The notes beneath the pieces were generated by a model. That model saw only the letters and a program-made list of their open reading frames with translations. It was not told the DNA's origin and did not search any database. A program made the translations under genes and the position numbers. From contig OZ240251.1 of NCBI GenBank assembly GCA_965198285.1, positions 624,220 through 688,219 on the forward strand: a stretch of 64,000 bases of DNA, written 5' to 3'. Origin of the DNA: Chloroflexota bacterium. GTDB taxonomy: Bacteria; Chloroflexota; UBA11872. Positions 1 to 10,627 of the stretch are shown one piece after another. The number at the start of each line of letters is the position of its first letter. Positions within the stretch are counted from its first letter, which is position 1.

Positions 1-366
1 GCGCCCCAGACCATCGGCATCCGGTTGGAGCAGAAGTTCAGCATCCCGCGATCGCACTCGGGGCAGTCCTCGCAGGAGTTGTTGGGCTCCACCGCCACGG
101 CGTCGCCGGTTTTCAGGTCATGCACACCAGGGCCGACGGCCTGCACCGTGGCTGTGAACTCGTGCCCGGGAATCCACGGGTCGGATCGCTCCGGGAACCA
201 CGAGTCGAATTGCCAGCCGTCCCAGTAGTGCAGGTCGGTCCCGCAGATGCCGGACACCGCGACCTGCAGCACCACCTCGCCGGCGTCGGGCGGTCGAACA
301 TCTCGCGTCTCGAGCCGCAGGTCGCCCGGCCCGTAGAGCACCGCGGCTCGCGTCTGGTTTGCCTGC
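1..366 (-). CDS. Zn-dependent alcohol dehydrogenase (MDR family), N-terminal part; continues past the window start
   Basis: Minus-strand translation from ATG 366..364: MQANQTRAAVLYGPGDLRL...GICGTDLHYW...GHEFTATV...CEDCPEC, the GroES-like domain and structural-Zn Cys cluster typical of MDR alcohol dehydrogenases. The reading frame stays open to position 1. Confidence 0.7.
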
Positions 367-460
367 ATGCGCCACCGGCTCCCGAAGCGGTCCCTTGGCA
401 CGCTATCCGAGCGAGCGGTGGGGCGCAACAGGCGCACCCCGCCTTATGGGGTGGTTGGCC

Positions 461-796
461 CTACGACTCCTGTTCAGCCGCGGCGCGCATGCGCAAGCCG
501 CGGCGCTCGCCGTGGAAGAGCAGCTTGTCCACCAGGATCTTCGGGCCCTTCACGATCAATGTGGCGTTGGGCCAGAGCGCGCCCATCTCGCCAGCGAACT
601 CATTCATGAACGACGGACCGGCCAGCGCGACCGACGACAGGTCGAGCAACACCTCGCGTGCCTCAGGCTGATAGCTGCGGCGGATGACCGCGGCGATCTC
701 GCGCGCTCGGTGCCGGGTGCCAAACGTGCGCCCATGCGCCCCTAGCTCAACTGACATCTGAGTCACTGGTCTGTCCTCCAGCCGGCGGGGCGTCAT
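461..796 (-). CDS. hypothetical protein (possible STAS-like fold)
   Basis: 111-aa ORF upstream of recA on the opposite strand. The overlapping plus-strand ORFs look like GC-rich antisense artefacts. Confidence 0.3.
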   Translation of the reverse strand: MTPRRLEDRPVTQMSVELGAHGRTFGTRHRAREIAAVIRRSYQPEAREVLLDLSSVALAGPSFMNEFAGEMGALWPNATLIVKGPKILVDKLLFHGERRGLRMRAAAEQES

Positions 797-906
797 ACAG
801 GGCTTTCTGGTCGCCGGGTCAATGTAAAGAGTAGCGACACCGGAGTACCATGAACCGCACGAGCGTGCGCCGGCCGCGCGGCGCCAGGGCTGATGGGATC
901 AGGCGC

Positions 907-1950
907 ATGGCCAACAACCAGGCAAAGGCGATCGACTCCGCCATTCAGCAGATCGAACGCAAGTTCGGCTCCGGCTCAGTCATGCGCATGGGTGACATGC
1001 AGGCCGACGCTGTCCCGACCATCTCCACCGGCTCGCTGTCGCTGGACGTGGCCCTCGGCGTGGGCGGGCTGCCGCGCGGCCGCGTGGTCGAGATCTTTGG
1101 GCCGGAGGCGTCCGGCAAGACCACCCTGGCCCTCCACGTCGTCGCCGAAGCGCAGAAGGCCGGAGGCGCTGCCGTCTACGTTGACGTCGAGCACGCCATG
1201 GACCCCACCTACGCCGAAGCTCTGGGCGTGGACGTGGGTGAGTTGATCGTGTCGCAGCCCAACGCCGGTGAAGAGGCGCTGGAGATCACCGACGTCTTCG
1301 TCCGCAGCAACGCTGTGGACCTGGTGGTGGTCGACTCGGTCGCCGCGCTGGTGCCGCGGGCGGAGATCGACGGCGACATGGGCGACCTGCAGGTGGGTTT
1401 GCAGGCGCGGCTCATGTCGCAGGCCATGCGCAAGCTCACGGCCAACATCAGCCGCTCGCGCACCATCGTCATCTTCATCAATCAGCTGCGCGAGAAGATC
1501 GGCGTTATGTTCGGCAACCCGGAAACGACACCCGGCGGCCGGGCGCTCAAGTTCTACTCGTCGGTCCGCCTGGACATCCGGCGTATCGGGCAGATCAAGA
1601 AGGGAACCGACGTCATCGGTGCGCGCACTCGCGTGCGGGTCGTCAAGAACAAGGTCGCGCCGCCCTTCCGGTTCTGCGAGTTCGACATGATGTTCGGTCA
1701 GGGCATTTCCGGGGAGGGCGACCTGCTGACCTTGGGGGTGGATCAGGGTGTGCTGACCCAGAGCGGCGCCTACTACAGCTACGGCAGCACCCGCCTGGGC
1801 ATGGGGCGCGAGAACGCCAAGACCTTCCTGCGTGAAAACTCTGACATTGCCCAGGCGCTGGACGCCGAACTGCGCGGCCTGCTGCTTGCTCGCCCGGACG
1901 ACGTCCAGGCGAACGGCGATGGGCGCGCTCAGGAAGCCGTTGCGACCTAG
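907..1950 (+). CDS. recA: recombinase RecA
   Basis: [30 protein letters not shown]...[13 protein letters not shown] (Walker A)...[34 protein letters not shown]. The call starts at the internal ATG that matches the canonical RecA N-terminus. Confidence 0.95.
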   Translation: MANNQAKAIDSAIQQIERKFGSGSVMRMGDMQADAVPTISTGSLSLDVALGVGGLPRGRVVEIFGPEASGKTTLALHVVAEAQKAGGAAVYVDVEHAMDPTYAEALGVDVGELIVSQPNAGEEALEITDVFVRSNAVDLVVVDSVAALVPRAEIDGDMGDLQVGLQARLMSQAMRKLTANISRSRTIVIFINQLREKIGVMFGNPETTPGGRALKFYSSVRLDIRRIGQIKKGTDVIGARTRVRVVKNKVAPPFRFCEFDMMFGQGISGEGDLLTLGVDQGVLTQSGAYYSYGSTRLGMGRENAKTFLRENSDIAQALDAELRGLLLARPDDVQANGDGRAQEAVAT

Positions 1951-1964
1951 CCGCGCCCTCCGGC

Positions 1965-2399
1965 ATGGCGAGCCAACCTCAGCACCCCGTCATCGCCGCC
2001 GTGAGTGGCCGGCACATGGACGCCGCCGTGGTCACGACCGCGGCCCTGCTTGCACGCGAACACCGAACCGCCATCCTGCTGCTGCACGTCATCGAAGTCA
2101 GCCACCGCCAGCCCGTGGACGTCTCCAGCGACGCCATGCTCAGTCAGGCTGAAGCGGTGCTGACCAACGCCCGGCGCCTCCTGCCGTCCGATGGCGAGTC
2201 CGTGCGCAGCGAGATCAAACAGGCCCGCTCTGCCTTCAGCGCCATTGTCGAGACCAGCCTTGATGAAGAGGCCGAGACGATCGTCGTCGGAGCGCACCGG
2301 TTTCTGGGCGAACAGGACTGCGACCTTGGTCGCACCGCCACGCACGTCCTCCGCCACGCCGTGACGCCGGTCGTCGTCTGCTACGACCCGATACGCTGA
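1965..2399 (+). CDS. universal stress protein (UspA family)
   Basis: 144 aa; ...TIVVGAHRFLGEQDCDLGRTATHVLRHAVTPVVVCYDP matches the Usp C-terminal G-x2-G-x9-GS-like signature. Confidence 0.7.
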   Translation: MASQPQHPVIAAVSGRHMDAAVVTTAALLAREHRTAILLLHVIEVSHRQPVDVSSDAMLSQAEAVLTNARRLLPSDGESVRSEIKQARSAFSAIVETSLDEEAETIVVGAHRFLGEQDCDLGRTATHVLRHAVTPVVVCYDPIR

Positions 2400-2432
2400 C
2401 CGGTGGCGCTGCTGCGCGGAAAGGGTATTGGC

Positions 2433-3389
2433 ATGGCCGATGACGGCCTGATGGTCTTCGGTTGCCGCGGGCACCCTGTATTGACCGACGGCATCTGCCG
2501 CGAACTGGGCTGTGAACCCGGCGAGATCGAGATTTTCGAGTACGGCAACGACAACACGTTCGTCCGTGTGCTGGAAAACGTGCGCGAAGCCGACGTGTTC
2601 CTGGTTCAGACCTCGCGGCGTCCCGTCAACCACTCGGTGATGGAACTCTTCATCACCATTGACGCCATGCGCCGGGCCTCGGCGGCGCGCGTGACGGCGG
2701 TGTTGCCGTACTTCCCCTACATGCGCTCCGACAAGAAGGATCAGCCGCGCGTGCCGATCACCGCCCGGCTGGTGGCCGACCTGCTGGCCACGGCCGGGGC
2801 CGACCGCGTGCTCACGCTGGACCTGCACGCCGACCAGATCGGCGGCTTCTTCAGCATGCCCAGCGACCACCTCACGGGCATGCCGCTGCTCACCGACTAC
2901 TTCGCCGGGCTCGACATCGACGACCTGGTCGTGGTGGGCGACACCGGCCGCATCAAGGCCGCCAGCGAGTGCGCCCGGCGCCTGCGCACCCAGCTGGCCG
3001 TGCTGGATAAGTTCCGAGACCCCATCACCTCGGTCGTAACCATCCGCGGTCTGGCCGGCGACGTGCGCGGACGAACCGTGCTCTACGTGGAAGACGAAGT
3101 GGTAACCGGACAATCCATACGTGAGGGCCTGCGCGAGGTCCTGCGCCACAAGCCGCGGGCCATCTACGCCGCCTGCGTCCACCCCGTCTTCGTGGACGAG
3201 GCCTATGAACTGATCGAAGATTCGCCCCTGGAAGAAATGGTTGTGACGGACAGCGTGCCGTTGGATCCCGACCGTCCCACGGGCAAGATTCGTGTGATTT
3301 CGGTGGCGCCCATGCTGGCGGAGGCCATCCGCCGCATTCACACCGGTGAGTCGGTCAGCGCCCTCTTTGCCGAGGCGGCGGTGCGCTGA
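2433..3389 (+). CDS. prs: ribose-phosphate pyrophosphokinase (PRPP synthetase)
   Basis: MADDGLMVFGC...VLPYFPYMRSDKKDQPRVPITARLVADLL...LTLDLHADQIGGFF...VVVGDTGRIKAA, including the PRPP-binding motif. Confidence 0.85.
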   Translation: MADDGLMVFGCRGHPVLTDGICRELGCEPGEIEIFEYGNDNTFVRVLENVREADVFLVQTSRRPVNHSVMELFITIDAMRRASAARVTAVLPYFPYMRSDKKDQPRVPITARLVADLLATAGADRVLTLDLHADQIGGFFSMPSDHLTGMPLLTDYFAGLDIDDLVVVGDTGRIKAASECARRLRTQLAVLDKFRDPITSVVTIRGLAGDVRGRTVLYVEDEVVTGQSIREGLREVLRHKPRAIYAACVHPVFVDEAYELIEDSPLEEMVVTDSVPLDPDRPTGKIRVISVAPMLAEAIRRIHTGESVSALFAEAAVR

Positions 3390-5077
3390 TGTCCGACGCA
3401 CGCACCCAGCTCACCATCCAGAAGACCGAAGCGCGTGGCCGGCGCGGCATGGTGGCCACCAAGCATGAGGCCGCCAGCGCCGTGGGTGTGGATGTGCTGG
3501 CTGCCGGCGGTTCGGCCGTTGACGCGGCGGTGGCGGCGGCCTTTGCGGTGGGCGTAGTGGAACCCTGGAGCAGCGGCATCGGCGGCGGCGGGTATGCCGT
3601 CGTTGCTGGCCCTGACCAGGCTGAAGTTGTGGCCTTCCCCATGCGCTCGGGGTCCGGGGCCACGCCCGACCGCTATCCGCGCGACGGGCGGTCCAACGTC
3701 AGCGCCTTCCTCTGGGACGGCGTGGTGGACGACGCCAATATCCACGGCTACCAGGCCATGGGGGTTCCGGGCGCCGTGGCCGGCTTGGGCCGCCTGCACG
3801 AGCGCCATGGCCGCCTGCCCTGGCGCGACCTCGTGCGCCCGGCTGTTCATTTGGCCCGTCAGGGCTTTGAACTCGGCTGGTTCGACACGATGTACATGGA
3901 GTCCACGGCGGCCGCCGCCCGACGCCACCCCGAACTGCAACGGCACTTCTACCCCAACGGCGACCCGCCGCAGTCCGACCACATGGAGAGAATCTGCATC
4001 ACCCAGCCGGAACTCGCCGTCACGCTGGATGTTCTGGCGGAGGACGGCGTGGAGGCTTTCTATCGGGGCGACATCGCGGCGGCCATCGCCGACGCCTGCG
4101 CCGCCAACGACGGCGTCATCGAACGCTCCGACCTGGCCGCCTACCGCGCCAGCGTCTCGCCGCCACTGACGACCACGTATCGCGGTGCCGAGGTCCTCAC
4201 GCCGGGACCCGGCTGCGCCGGACCGACCACTATCGAGACGCTCAACATCTACGAACAGGCCGCCTCCGCTGAACTGGCACACGACGACGTGGATCGCCTG
4301 CACGCCTATCTCTGGTCGTCCCGCCTGGCCTTTGCCGACCGCTTCCACTTCATGACCGATCCCGAACGGGCCGACGCCCCGTGGGATGCGCTGGCTTGCA
4401 AGCAGTACGCCGCTTCGCGTGCTGCCCAGATCGCCCCCAAGGCCCCGCCCCCCATCCCCGCCGCGGGCGACGCCTGGGCCTACCAGGACCCGGCCCGCGC
4501 GCTCGAACGCCACAAGTCGGAGACCTCAACCACCCATCTCTGCACCGCCGACGCCGACGGCACGCTCGTGTCCCTCACCAACACCCTCGGCGGCGCCTGG
4601 GGTTCGGAAGTCGTGGCGGGCGAGACTGGCATCGTCTGGAACAACGGCATGTTCTGGTTCGATCCCGTGCCCGGCCGCCCAAACTCGGTCGCCCCCAACC
4701 GCACCGGTCTCAACAACATGACGCCCACAATCGTGCGCGCGACGGACGGCCGCATGCTCGCCGTTGGCGCATCCGGCGGGCGGCGCATCACCAACTGCCT
4801 CACCCAGCTCATCGCGCACGTGTTCGACTTCGGCCTTGGTGCCCAGGCCGCCGTGGCCGCGCCGCGCCTGGACGCCAGTACCCCCTGGGTCACGGTGGAT
4901 CCGCGCTTTGGCGACGATGCCATCGCCAAACTGCGGGCCCGCGGCTGGGACGTGCGCGTTCCCGTCTATCCCGGCCGCACCGCCTTCGCCAGCCCGGCCA
5001 TCATCCTGCGCGACGCCGACGGCGGCCTCGGCGCCGGCGTAGACATCTTCCACAGCGCCTCCGCCCAAGGGCTCTGA
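3389..5077 (+). CDS. ggt: gamma-glutamyltranspeptidase
   Basis: 562 aa; ...SGIGGGGYAVV...TSTTHLCTADADGTLVSLTNTLGGAWGSEVV... (catalytic Thr of the small subunit)...GASGGRRI. The ATG overlaps the prs stop (TGATG). Confidence 0.9.
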   Translation: MSDARTQLTIQKTEARGRRGMVATKHEAASAVGVDVLAAGGSAVDAAVAAAFAVGVVEPWSSGIGGGGYAVVAGPDQAEVVAFPMRSGSGATPDRYPRDGRSNVSAFLWDGVVDDANIHGYQAMGVPGAVAGLGRLHERHGRLPWRDLVRPAVHLARQGFELGWFDTMYMESTAAAARRHPELQRHFYPNGDPPQSDHMERICITQPELAVTLDVLAEDGVEAFYRGDIAAAIADACAANDGVIERSDLAAYRASVSPPLTTTYRGAEVLTPGPGCAGPTTIETLNIYEQAASAELAHDDVDRLHAYLWSSRLAFADRFHFMTDPERADAPWDALACKQYAASRAAQIAPKAPPPIPAAGDAWAYQDPARALERHKSETSTTHLCTADADGTLVSLTNTLGGAWGSEVVAGETGIVWNNGMFWFDPVPGRPNSVAPNRTGLNNMTPTIVRATDGRMLAVGASGGRRITNCLTQLIAHVFDFGLGAQAAVAAPRLDASTPWVTVDPRFGDDAIAKLRARGWDVRVPVYPGRTAFASPAIILRDADGGLGAGVDIFHSASAQGL

Positions 5078-5181
5078 AGCAACTTCACACCAGCACGGGC
5101 TACGGCTCGGTTCGAATACTTCCCGATGAACCGATTCAATCGTCTTATGGTTAAAGCACTGGCTACGGCCACGGATTTCGC

Positions 5182-6642
5182 ATGAATACGCCCTTCCACT
5201 TAACGCGCCGCCGGCTGCTTACGGTCGCGCTGGGCGGCGCGGCACTTGGAGCATTGGCCGCCTGCGGCGAGGACACGCCAGCGCCCACGGTGGAGGCGAC
5301 TGCTTCCCCGCCAGCGGCGCCGGTGCCAGCGTCACCCGCGGCTATCTCGTCGCCAGCGGCGCCGGCTTCGACTCCCGCGGTGGCCACGTCGTCACCCGCG
5401 TCGGGCCCACCCGCTGGGACCAGGCTGCCGGACATCGCGGCCCGCGTGCGGCAGGCGCAGGGCGATACCGGCATCCTGCCGCCCGCGCCGGCCACCGCGT
5501 CCGACAGCCCGATCGAGGTGCCGGCTGACATCGTGGCTGCTCGCGCCAACCGGCTGGTAACGCTTAGTGAGCGCGACCAGACCTCGGCGACCGCCTGGCG
5601 CAACATCGGCTGGAAGACCAACTTCGAGCTATCGTTGGTCAAGTTCGACGAGATCTTCTCGGGCGGCGTGCCGCGCGACGGCATCCCGCCCATCGACCGG
5701 CCAAAATTCACCGATTTCGCTGAAGCCGTTCAGTTCATCGCCGGACGCGAGCCCGTGATCGCGCTTCGCATCAACGGCCAGGCTCGCGCCTACCCACTGC
5801 AGATCCTGACCTACCACGAGATAGTGAACGACGTCATCGGCGGCCGGCCGGTCGCCGTCACGTTCTGCCCGCTGTGCAACTCGTCGGTGGTGTTCGACCG
5901 TGAGGTCCTGGGATCGGTCCTGCGCTTCGGCGTCTCCGGCAACCTGCGCAACAGCGACCTCATAATGTGGGACGACGTCACCGAAACCTGGTGGCAGCAG
6001 TTGACCGGCGAGGGCCTTGTGGGGCACCTGGCCGGGGTCACGCTGGACTTCGTCCCGTCGCAGCTGATCTCCTTCGATGAGTTCAAGGCCGCGTTTCCGG
6101 ACGGCCAGGTTCTCTCCCGCGACACCGGGTTCCCGCGGCAGTACGGCCGCAACCCCTACAGCGGCTACGACACAACCGACGGCCGGCCCTTCCTGTTCCA
6201 GGGCCGCATGGACGATCGCCTTCGGGCCACCGAGCGCGTGGTTGCGGTGGAGGTCGGCGATGAGAGTGCGGCCTATCCGTTCACCGAGCTCAGCACCCGG
6301 CGTGTCGTCAACGATGAGGTCGGGGGTGAGAAGATCGTGGTGTTCTGGACGCCCGAAACCTCGTCCGCGCTGGGCAAATCCGCTATCGCCGACGCCCAGG
6401 CGGTTGGGTCGGGCGTCGCGTATGGTCGCGTGGTCGATGGGCGCGAACTAACGTTTACTGTTCAGGACGACGCGTTCACCGACCAGGAGACGGGATCGAC
6501 TTGGGACGTCACAGGCCGCGCGCTGACAGGGCCGCTGGCCGGCGCGGAACTGCCGCCGCTGGTGCACGCCAACCACTTCTGGTTCGCGTGGGCGGCCTTC
6601 AGGCCCGCAACGCGCGTCTACACCGACACCGCGAGTCCCTGA
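5182..6642 (+). CDS. DUF3179 family lipoprotein, paralog 1
   Basis: Signal plus lipobox (LAAC). A Pro/Ala/Ser-rich linker is followed by GGVPRDGIPPIDRPKF...RAYPLQILTYHEIVNDVIGGRPVAVTFCPLCNS...WWQQLTGEG. Confidence 0.8.
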   Translation: MNTPFHLTRRRLLTVALGGAALGALAACGEDTPAPTVEATASPPAAPVPASPAAISSPAAPASTPAVATSSPASGPPAGTRLPDIAARVRQAQGDTGILPPAPATASDSPIEVPADIVAARANRLVTLSERDQTSATAWRNIGWKTNFELSLVKFDEIFSGGVPRDGIPPIDRPKFTDFAEAVQFIAGREPVIALRINGQARAYPLQILTYHEIVNDVIGGRPVAVTFCPLCNSSVVFDREVLGSVLRFGVSGNLRNSDLIMWDDVTETWWQQLTGEGLVGHLAGVTLDFVPSQLISFDEFKAAFPDGQVLSRDTGFPRQYGRNPYSGYDTTDGRPFLFQGRMDDRLRATERVVAVEVGDESAAYPFTELSTRRVVNDEVGGEKIVVFWTPETSSALGKSAIADAQAVGSGVAYGRVVDGRELTFTVQDDAFTDQETGSTWDVTGRALTGPLAGAELPPLVHANHFWFAWAAFRPATRVYTDTASP

Positions 6643-7967
6643 ACCGCCGGATCCCGCGCCGTCGCCTGCTGGCCCTGGCCTCGGCCGCTGGTCTGGCCCT
6701 GGCCGCCTGCGGCGATGCGGCCCCCAGCGAATCGATCACCACGCCGCCGGACGGTTCAAGCGCGGCTGAACAGCCACCGTTTACGGCGGTTGTCCCCCCC
6801 GACACGTCGATTGCGGGCGCTGCCAGCCGCATGCGGCTGCCGCCCGACGTCATCGCTGCCCGCCAGGCAACGCTGGTGCCCGCCGCGCTGGCGGACTTGC
6901 AGCGTGCCCGAGAGTGGCGCATCCAACAGTGGTCCACCAATTTCCGGATCGCCAGTGTCGCCCTTACGGAGTTGCACACCAACGGCCTCGAACGCTATCG
7001 CGCTGAGCCGATCGATTTGCCGCGCTTCGTCGATATCCAGAAGGCCGACACCCTTCTCGACCCTCGCGACCCGCTCATTGCGCATGCCGTCGGATCGGAC
7101 GCCCGCGCCTATCCCCTGCGACTCCTCGTCTGGCACGAGGTCGTCAACGACGTGGTCGATGGTCAGCCTCTGCTGGTCACCTACGACCCGCGCACCAACG
7201 CGGCGCAGGTGTTCGAGCGCCGTCTGCTGGGTTCGGCCATGCGCTTCCGCGCCGTCGATGGCCTCCACCGCGGCGGCCGGCTCCTCTGGGACTCCCTGAC
7301 CCAAAGCTGGTGGCGTCAGTTCACCGGCGAGGCCATCGTTGGTGACTACACCGGCCTGCGCCTCAAGCCACGACCGTCGCTGCTCGTGAGCTACGCGGAG
7401 TTCCGGCAATTGTTCCCCGAGGGCCGGGTTCTCGGTCCCGATAGCCGTCCGGATCGCGACGAAGAGTCTGAATACGGCGCCACCAACTACGCCGGCTATG
7501 ACAGCAGCCCGGAACCGCCGCCGTTGTTCGACGGCGTTCCCGACCCTCGCCTGCCGCCGACCGCGCGTGTGCTGGCGCTGGAACTCAACGGCGAGGCTGC
7601 GGCCTTCGACTTCGGCTACCTGGCCAGCCAGCGCATGGTCAACGACAACGTAGGCGGCCAGTCGATCGTGGCCCTGTGGTCGCCGGGTGCGCTGTCCGTG
7701 CTGGATACGCCGCGGATTGCCGACGCGCGCGATGTAGGAATGGCCGCCATCCACGGCCGCGAGGTCGATGGCCGCGTGCTCACGTTCGAGTTTGCAGAAG
7801 GGACCTTCCACGACCGTGAAACCGGCAGTGTCTGGAGCCTGAGCGGCCGCGCCCAATCAGGCACGCTGGCCGGCGCGCAGTTGCCGCAGCTTCTTCACGG
7901 CAGTCCGCTCTGGTTCGCCTGGGCGGCCTTCTATCCGCAGACCCGGTTGGTGACGCACCCGGCGTAG
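6588..7967 (+). CDS. DUF3179 family lipoprotein, paralog 2; start codon uncertain
   Basis: Tat-like RRRLLALASAAGLALAAC, then ...RAYPLRLLVWHEVVNDVVDGQPLLVTYDP...WWRQFTGEA. The in-frame GTG at 6588 is the most plausible start and overlaps the end of paralog 1. Confidence 0.7.
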   Translation: MGGLQARNARLHRHRESLNRRIPRRRLLALASAAGLALAACGDAAPSESITTPPDGSSAAEQPPFTAVVPPDTSIAGAASRMRLPPDVIAARQATLVPAALADLQRAREWRIQQWSTNFRIASVALTELHTNGLERYRAEPIDLPRFVDIQKADTLLDPRDPLIAHAVGSDARAYPLRLLVWHEVVNDVVDGQPLLVTYDPRTNAAQVFERRLLGSAMRFRAVDGLHRGGRLLWDSLTQSWWRQFTGEAIVGDYTGLRLKPRPSLLVSYAEFRQLFPEGRVLGPDSRPDRDEESEYGATNYAGYDSSPEPPPLFDGVPDPRLPPTARVLALELNGEAAAFDFGYLASQRMVNDNVGGQSIVALWSPGALSVLDTPRIADARDVGMAAIHGREVDGRVLTFEFAEGTFHDRETGSVWSLSGRAQSGTLAGAQLPQLLHGSPLWFAWAAFYPQTRLVTHPA

Positions 7968-8128
7968 GGACGCCTCGCGCCCGCTGCTAGCCTTTAGAAC
8001 CGATTCGGTTCCTTGAGTCAGGCAGCCAAATAGCACCCCGCCGCGGCGCTTCGGGCGGGCGCGCCGCCTTCGATCCCCGCGAGTACCTGCGCGCCCTTAG
8101 CTCCACTCTCGCCTACACGCCGCGCGTC

Positions 8129-9886
8129 ATGGTGATGGTGTGGCACACCAGCCCTGGCCTTACCGCCGGGGTGGCCGCCGTGACCGTGGTTCGCGCCCTC
8201 ATCCCAGCGGCGACGATCTGGCTGACGAAGCTGGTAATCGACGCGGTCGTCGAAGCCATCGCGGCCGGCGGGGCCGACGGGTCGGTCAACCGCGTGGTCA
8301 CGCTGGTCGTCCTGCAGCTTGTCCTGGCGCTCTTGGCCACGGCGCTCGATCACGGCGGCAACACGATGCGCACCCTGCTGGGCGACCGCTTCTCGAACCG
8401 TATCAACATCATGATCCTGGAGAAGGCCGAGACGCTGGACCTGGCCTACTTCGAGGACTCGACGTTCTACGACATGCTGGAGCGCGCCCGCCGCGAGGCC
8501 AACATGCGTCCGGCCGGCCTAGTCTCCAACACCTTTCAACTGGCAGGCAGCTTCATTCAACTCCTGTCGGTCGCGGCGTTGCTGGCGTCGCTGGCGTGGT
8601 GGATTCTGCTCGTGGTGGCGGTCACGTCCATCCCCTATCTGGGCGCGGACATGTGGTTTGCCAGGGCGCGGCATCGGCTGATGTGGCGGCGAGCGCCCGA
8701 GTCACGCCGGCTTTGGTACCTCGGCTACGTGATGACGTCGGATGAGACGGTGAAGGAAGTCCGGCTTTTCGACCTGGGCGGCCACCTCCTCGACCAGTAC
8801 CGCTCCACCTTCGCCCGCTTCTACCGCGAGAACCGCAAACTCACGCTTTCGCGCGAGAGCGTCACCTTCGCCCTGGGCATCGTGTCGGCGGGCACGGCGT
8901 CCGGGCTGTACATCTTCGTGGCCCTGGCCACCATCGCGGGCCGCCTGACGCTGGGTGACCTGACGCTCTACCACCAGGCGCTGGTGCAAACCCAGGATCG
9001 GCTTCGCCATATTTTCGCGGGTGTGAACTCGATGTACGAAGCCAACCTGTTCCTCACCAACCTCTTCGACTTCCTGGCCTTCGAGCCGGACATCCGTCCC
9101 GACCCCGGGCGTCGCGAGGTTCCTCGGCCTATCCGAGACGGCATCGAACTGCGCGACGTCAGCTTCACCTACCCGGGCGTCCGCGAACCGGTGCTGCGCG
9201 GGATCAACCTCAAGGTCAACGCCGGCGAGACCGTCGCGCTGGTCGGCGCCAATGGCGCGGGCAAGACCACCATCGTCAAGCTCCTGACCCGGCTCTACGA
9301 CCCGTCCGCCGGGCGGGTGACGATCGATGGGAGCGACATGCGCGTATACGACGTGGCCAGCGTGCGCAGCCAGATCGGGGCGATCTTTCAGGACTTCGTG
9401 CGCTTCCAGGCCACCGCGGGCGACAACATCGGCTACGGCAACCTGCCGCTGAAGGACACGCCCGGTCTGGTCGAGTCCGCGGCCCGGCGCAGCGGCGCCG
9501 CGGAGGCAATTGAGGGCTTGCCCCAGACCTACGAAACCACCCTGGGCCGCTGGTGGGGCGACGGCACCGAACTCTCAGGCGGCGAGTGGCAGAAGATCGC
9601 CCTGGCTCGCGGCTACATGCGCGACGCGCAACTGCTGATCCTGGACGAACCCACCTCGTCCCTGGACGCCCGCTCGGAGTACGAAGTCTTCCAGCGCTTC
9701 AAGGAACTCGTGGCCGGACGCATGGCCGTGTTGATCTCGCACCGCTTCTCCACCGTGCGCATGGCGGACCGTATCTACGTGATCGAGGACGGCCGGGTAT
9801 CCGAACACGGCACCCACGAGGAACTGATCGCCCTCAATGGCACCTACGCCAGTTGGTTCGGCATGCAGGCGTCCGCCTATCAATAG
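8129..9886 (+). CDS. ABC transporter, fused permease/ATPase (exporter type)
   Basis: N-terminal transmembrane domain, then GANGAGKTT (Walker A)...LSGGEWQKIALARGYM (ABC signature)...LLILDEPTSSLD (Walker B). Confidence 0.85.
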   Translation: MVMVWHTSPGLTAGVAAVTVVRALIPAATIWLTKLVIDAVVEAIAAGGADGSVNRVVTLVVLQLVLALLATALDHGGNTMRTLLGDRFSNRINIMILEKAETLDLAYFEDSTFYDMLERARREANMRPAGLVSNTFQLAGSFIQLLSVAALLASLAWWILLVVAVTSIPYLGADMWFARARHRLMWRRAPESRRLWYLGYVMTSDETVKEVRLFDLGGHLLDQYRSTFARFYRENRKLTLSRESVTFALGIVSAGTASGLYIFVALATIAGRLTLGDLTLYHQALVQTQDRLRHIFAGVNSMYEANLFLTNLFDFLAFEPDIRPDPGRREVPRPIRDGIELRDVSFTYPGVREPVLRGINLKVNAGETVALVGANGAGKTTIVKLLTRLYDPSAGRVTIDGSDMRVYDVASVRSQIGAIFQDFVRFQATAGDNIGYGNLPLKDTPGLVESAARRSGAAEAIEGLPQTYETTLGRWWGDGTELSGGEWQKIALARGYMRDAQLLILDEPTSSLDARSEYEVFQRFKELVAGRMAVLISHRFSTVRMADRIYVIEDGRVSEHGTHEELIALNGTYASWFGMQASAYQ

Positions 9887-10001
9887 CCAGCCGGGCCGTC
9901 GGCGGTAGAGCGCTCCTTGGTCTGCGAACAGCAGCCCCCGTTTTGTGGGCGAGGGCGGCGACCCGTACGATCGCGGCGGCAACTTCTTCGGGAGGCGTGT
10001 G

Positions 10002-10469
10002 ATGTCTGAGACAGCGACGTTGAAGGTGGGCGACGAGGCTCCGGACTTCGAGCTTCCGTCGAGACCTAGGGGCGAGGAGCCGTTCAAGCTGAGCGACCAT
10101 CGCGGGTCGACGGTGGTGATCAACTTCGTGCCGGCGGCGTTCTCGCCGACGTGCAGCAACCAGCTCCCCATCATCGAGGAGAAGCTGGCCGGACTCGCCG
10201 ACACGGTGACGGTCGCGATCTCCACGGACAACGGCTGGTCGCTAAAGGCCTGGGCCGAGCAGACCGGCGTGAGCTATCCCGTGCTCAGCGACTTCAACCC
10301 GCTCGGCGCGACAGCCAGCGCGTATGGCGTTTTTCTCGAGGAGACGAACATCGCCAACCGCGTGGTCATCGTGGTCGACGCCGATGGCAAGGTCGCCCAC
10401 ATCGAGACCGCTCCAGACGTGCCGGAACTGCCCGACTACGACCCCGTCATGGCGTGCCTGTCGGGCTGA
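10002..10469 (+). CDS. peroxiredoxin (AhpC/TSA, Bcp-like)
   Basis: MSETATLKVGDEAPDFELP...VVINFVPAAFSPTCSNQL..., with an ordinary peroxidatic Cys in the FxPxxFSPxC context. Confidence 0.85.
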   Translation: MSETATLKVGDEAPDFELPSRPRGEEPFKLSDHRGSTVVINFVPAAFSPTCSNQLPIIEEKLAGLADTVTVAISTDNGWSLKAWAEQTGVSYPVLSDFNPLGATASAYGVFLEETNIANRVVIVVDADGKVAHIETAPDVPELPDYDPVMACLSG

Positions 10470-10627
10470 GACCCAGGGGCGTTCGTTGCCGTAGATCAGC
10501 ACGCCGCGGTTGACCTTGCCGTTCCTGACGGCGTCAGAGGCCTTGTTGGCCGCGCGCGCGAGTTGGCGGTCGAAGGCACCGCGGCCCGTGGGCGGGCCTT
10601 GATGCGGCGGCTGCGGCAGGCCGCGAC

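Noticed and set aside
1947-3401. Long antisense ORFs, for example 1947..3401(-), 3338..4513(-), 6756..7856(-), 22090..23064(-), 25228..26751(+), 29424..30497(-), 31724..33157(+), 38267..40783(-) and 42554..44050(-)
   Set aside because: Each lies opposite or out of frame to a gene with clear family signatures. In ~67% GC DNA stop codons are rare in non-coding frames, and the translations are Arg/Ala/Gly/Pro-rich low-complexity sequence typical of this artefact.
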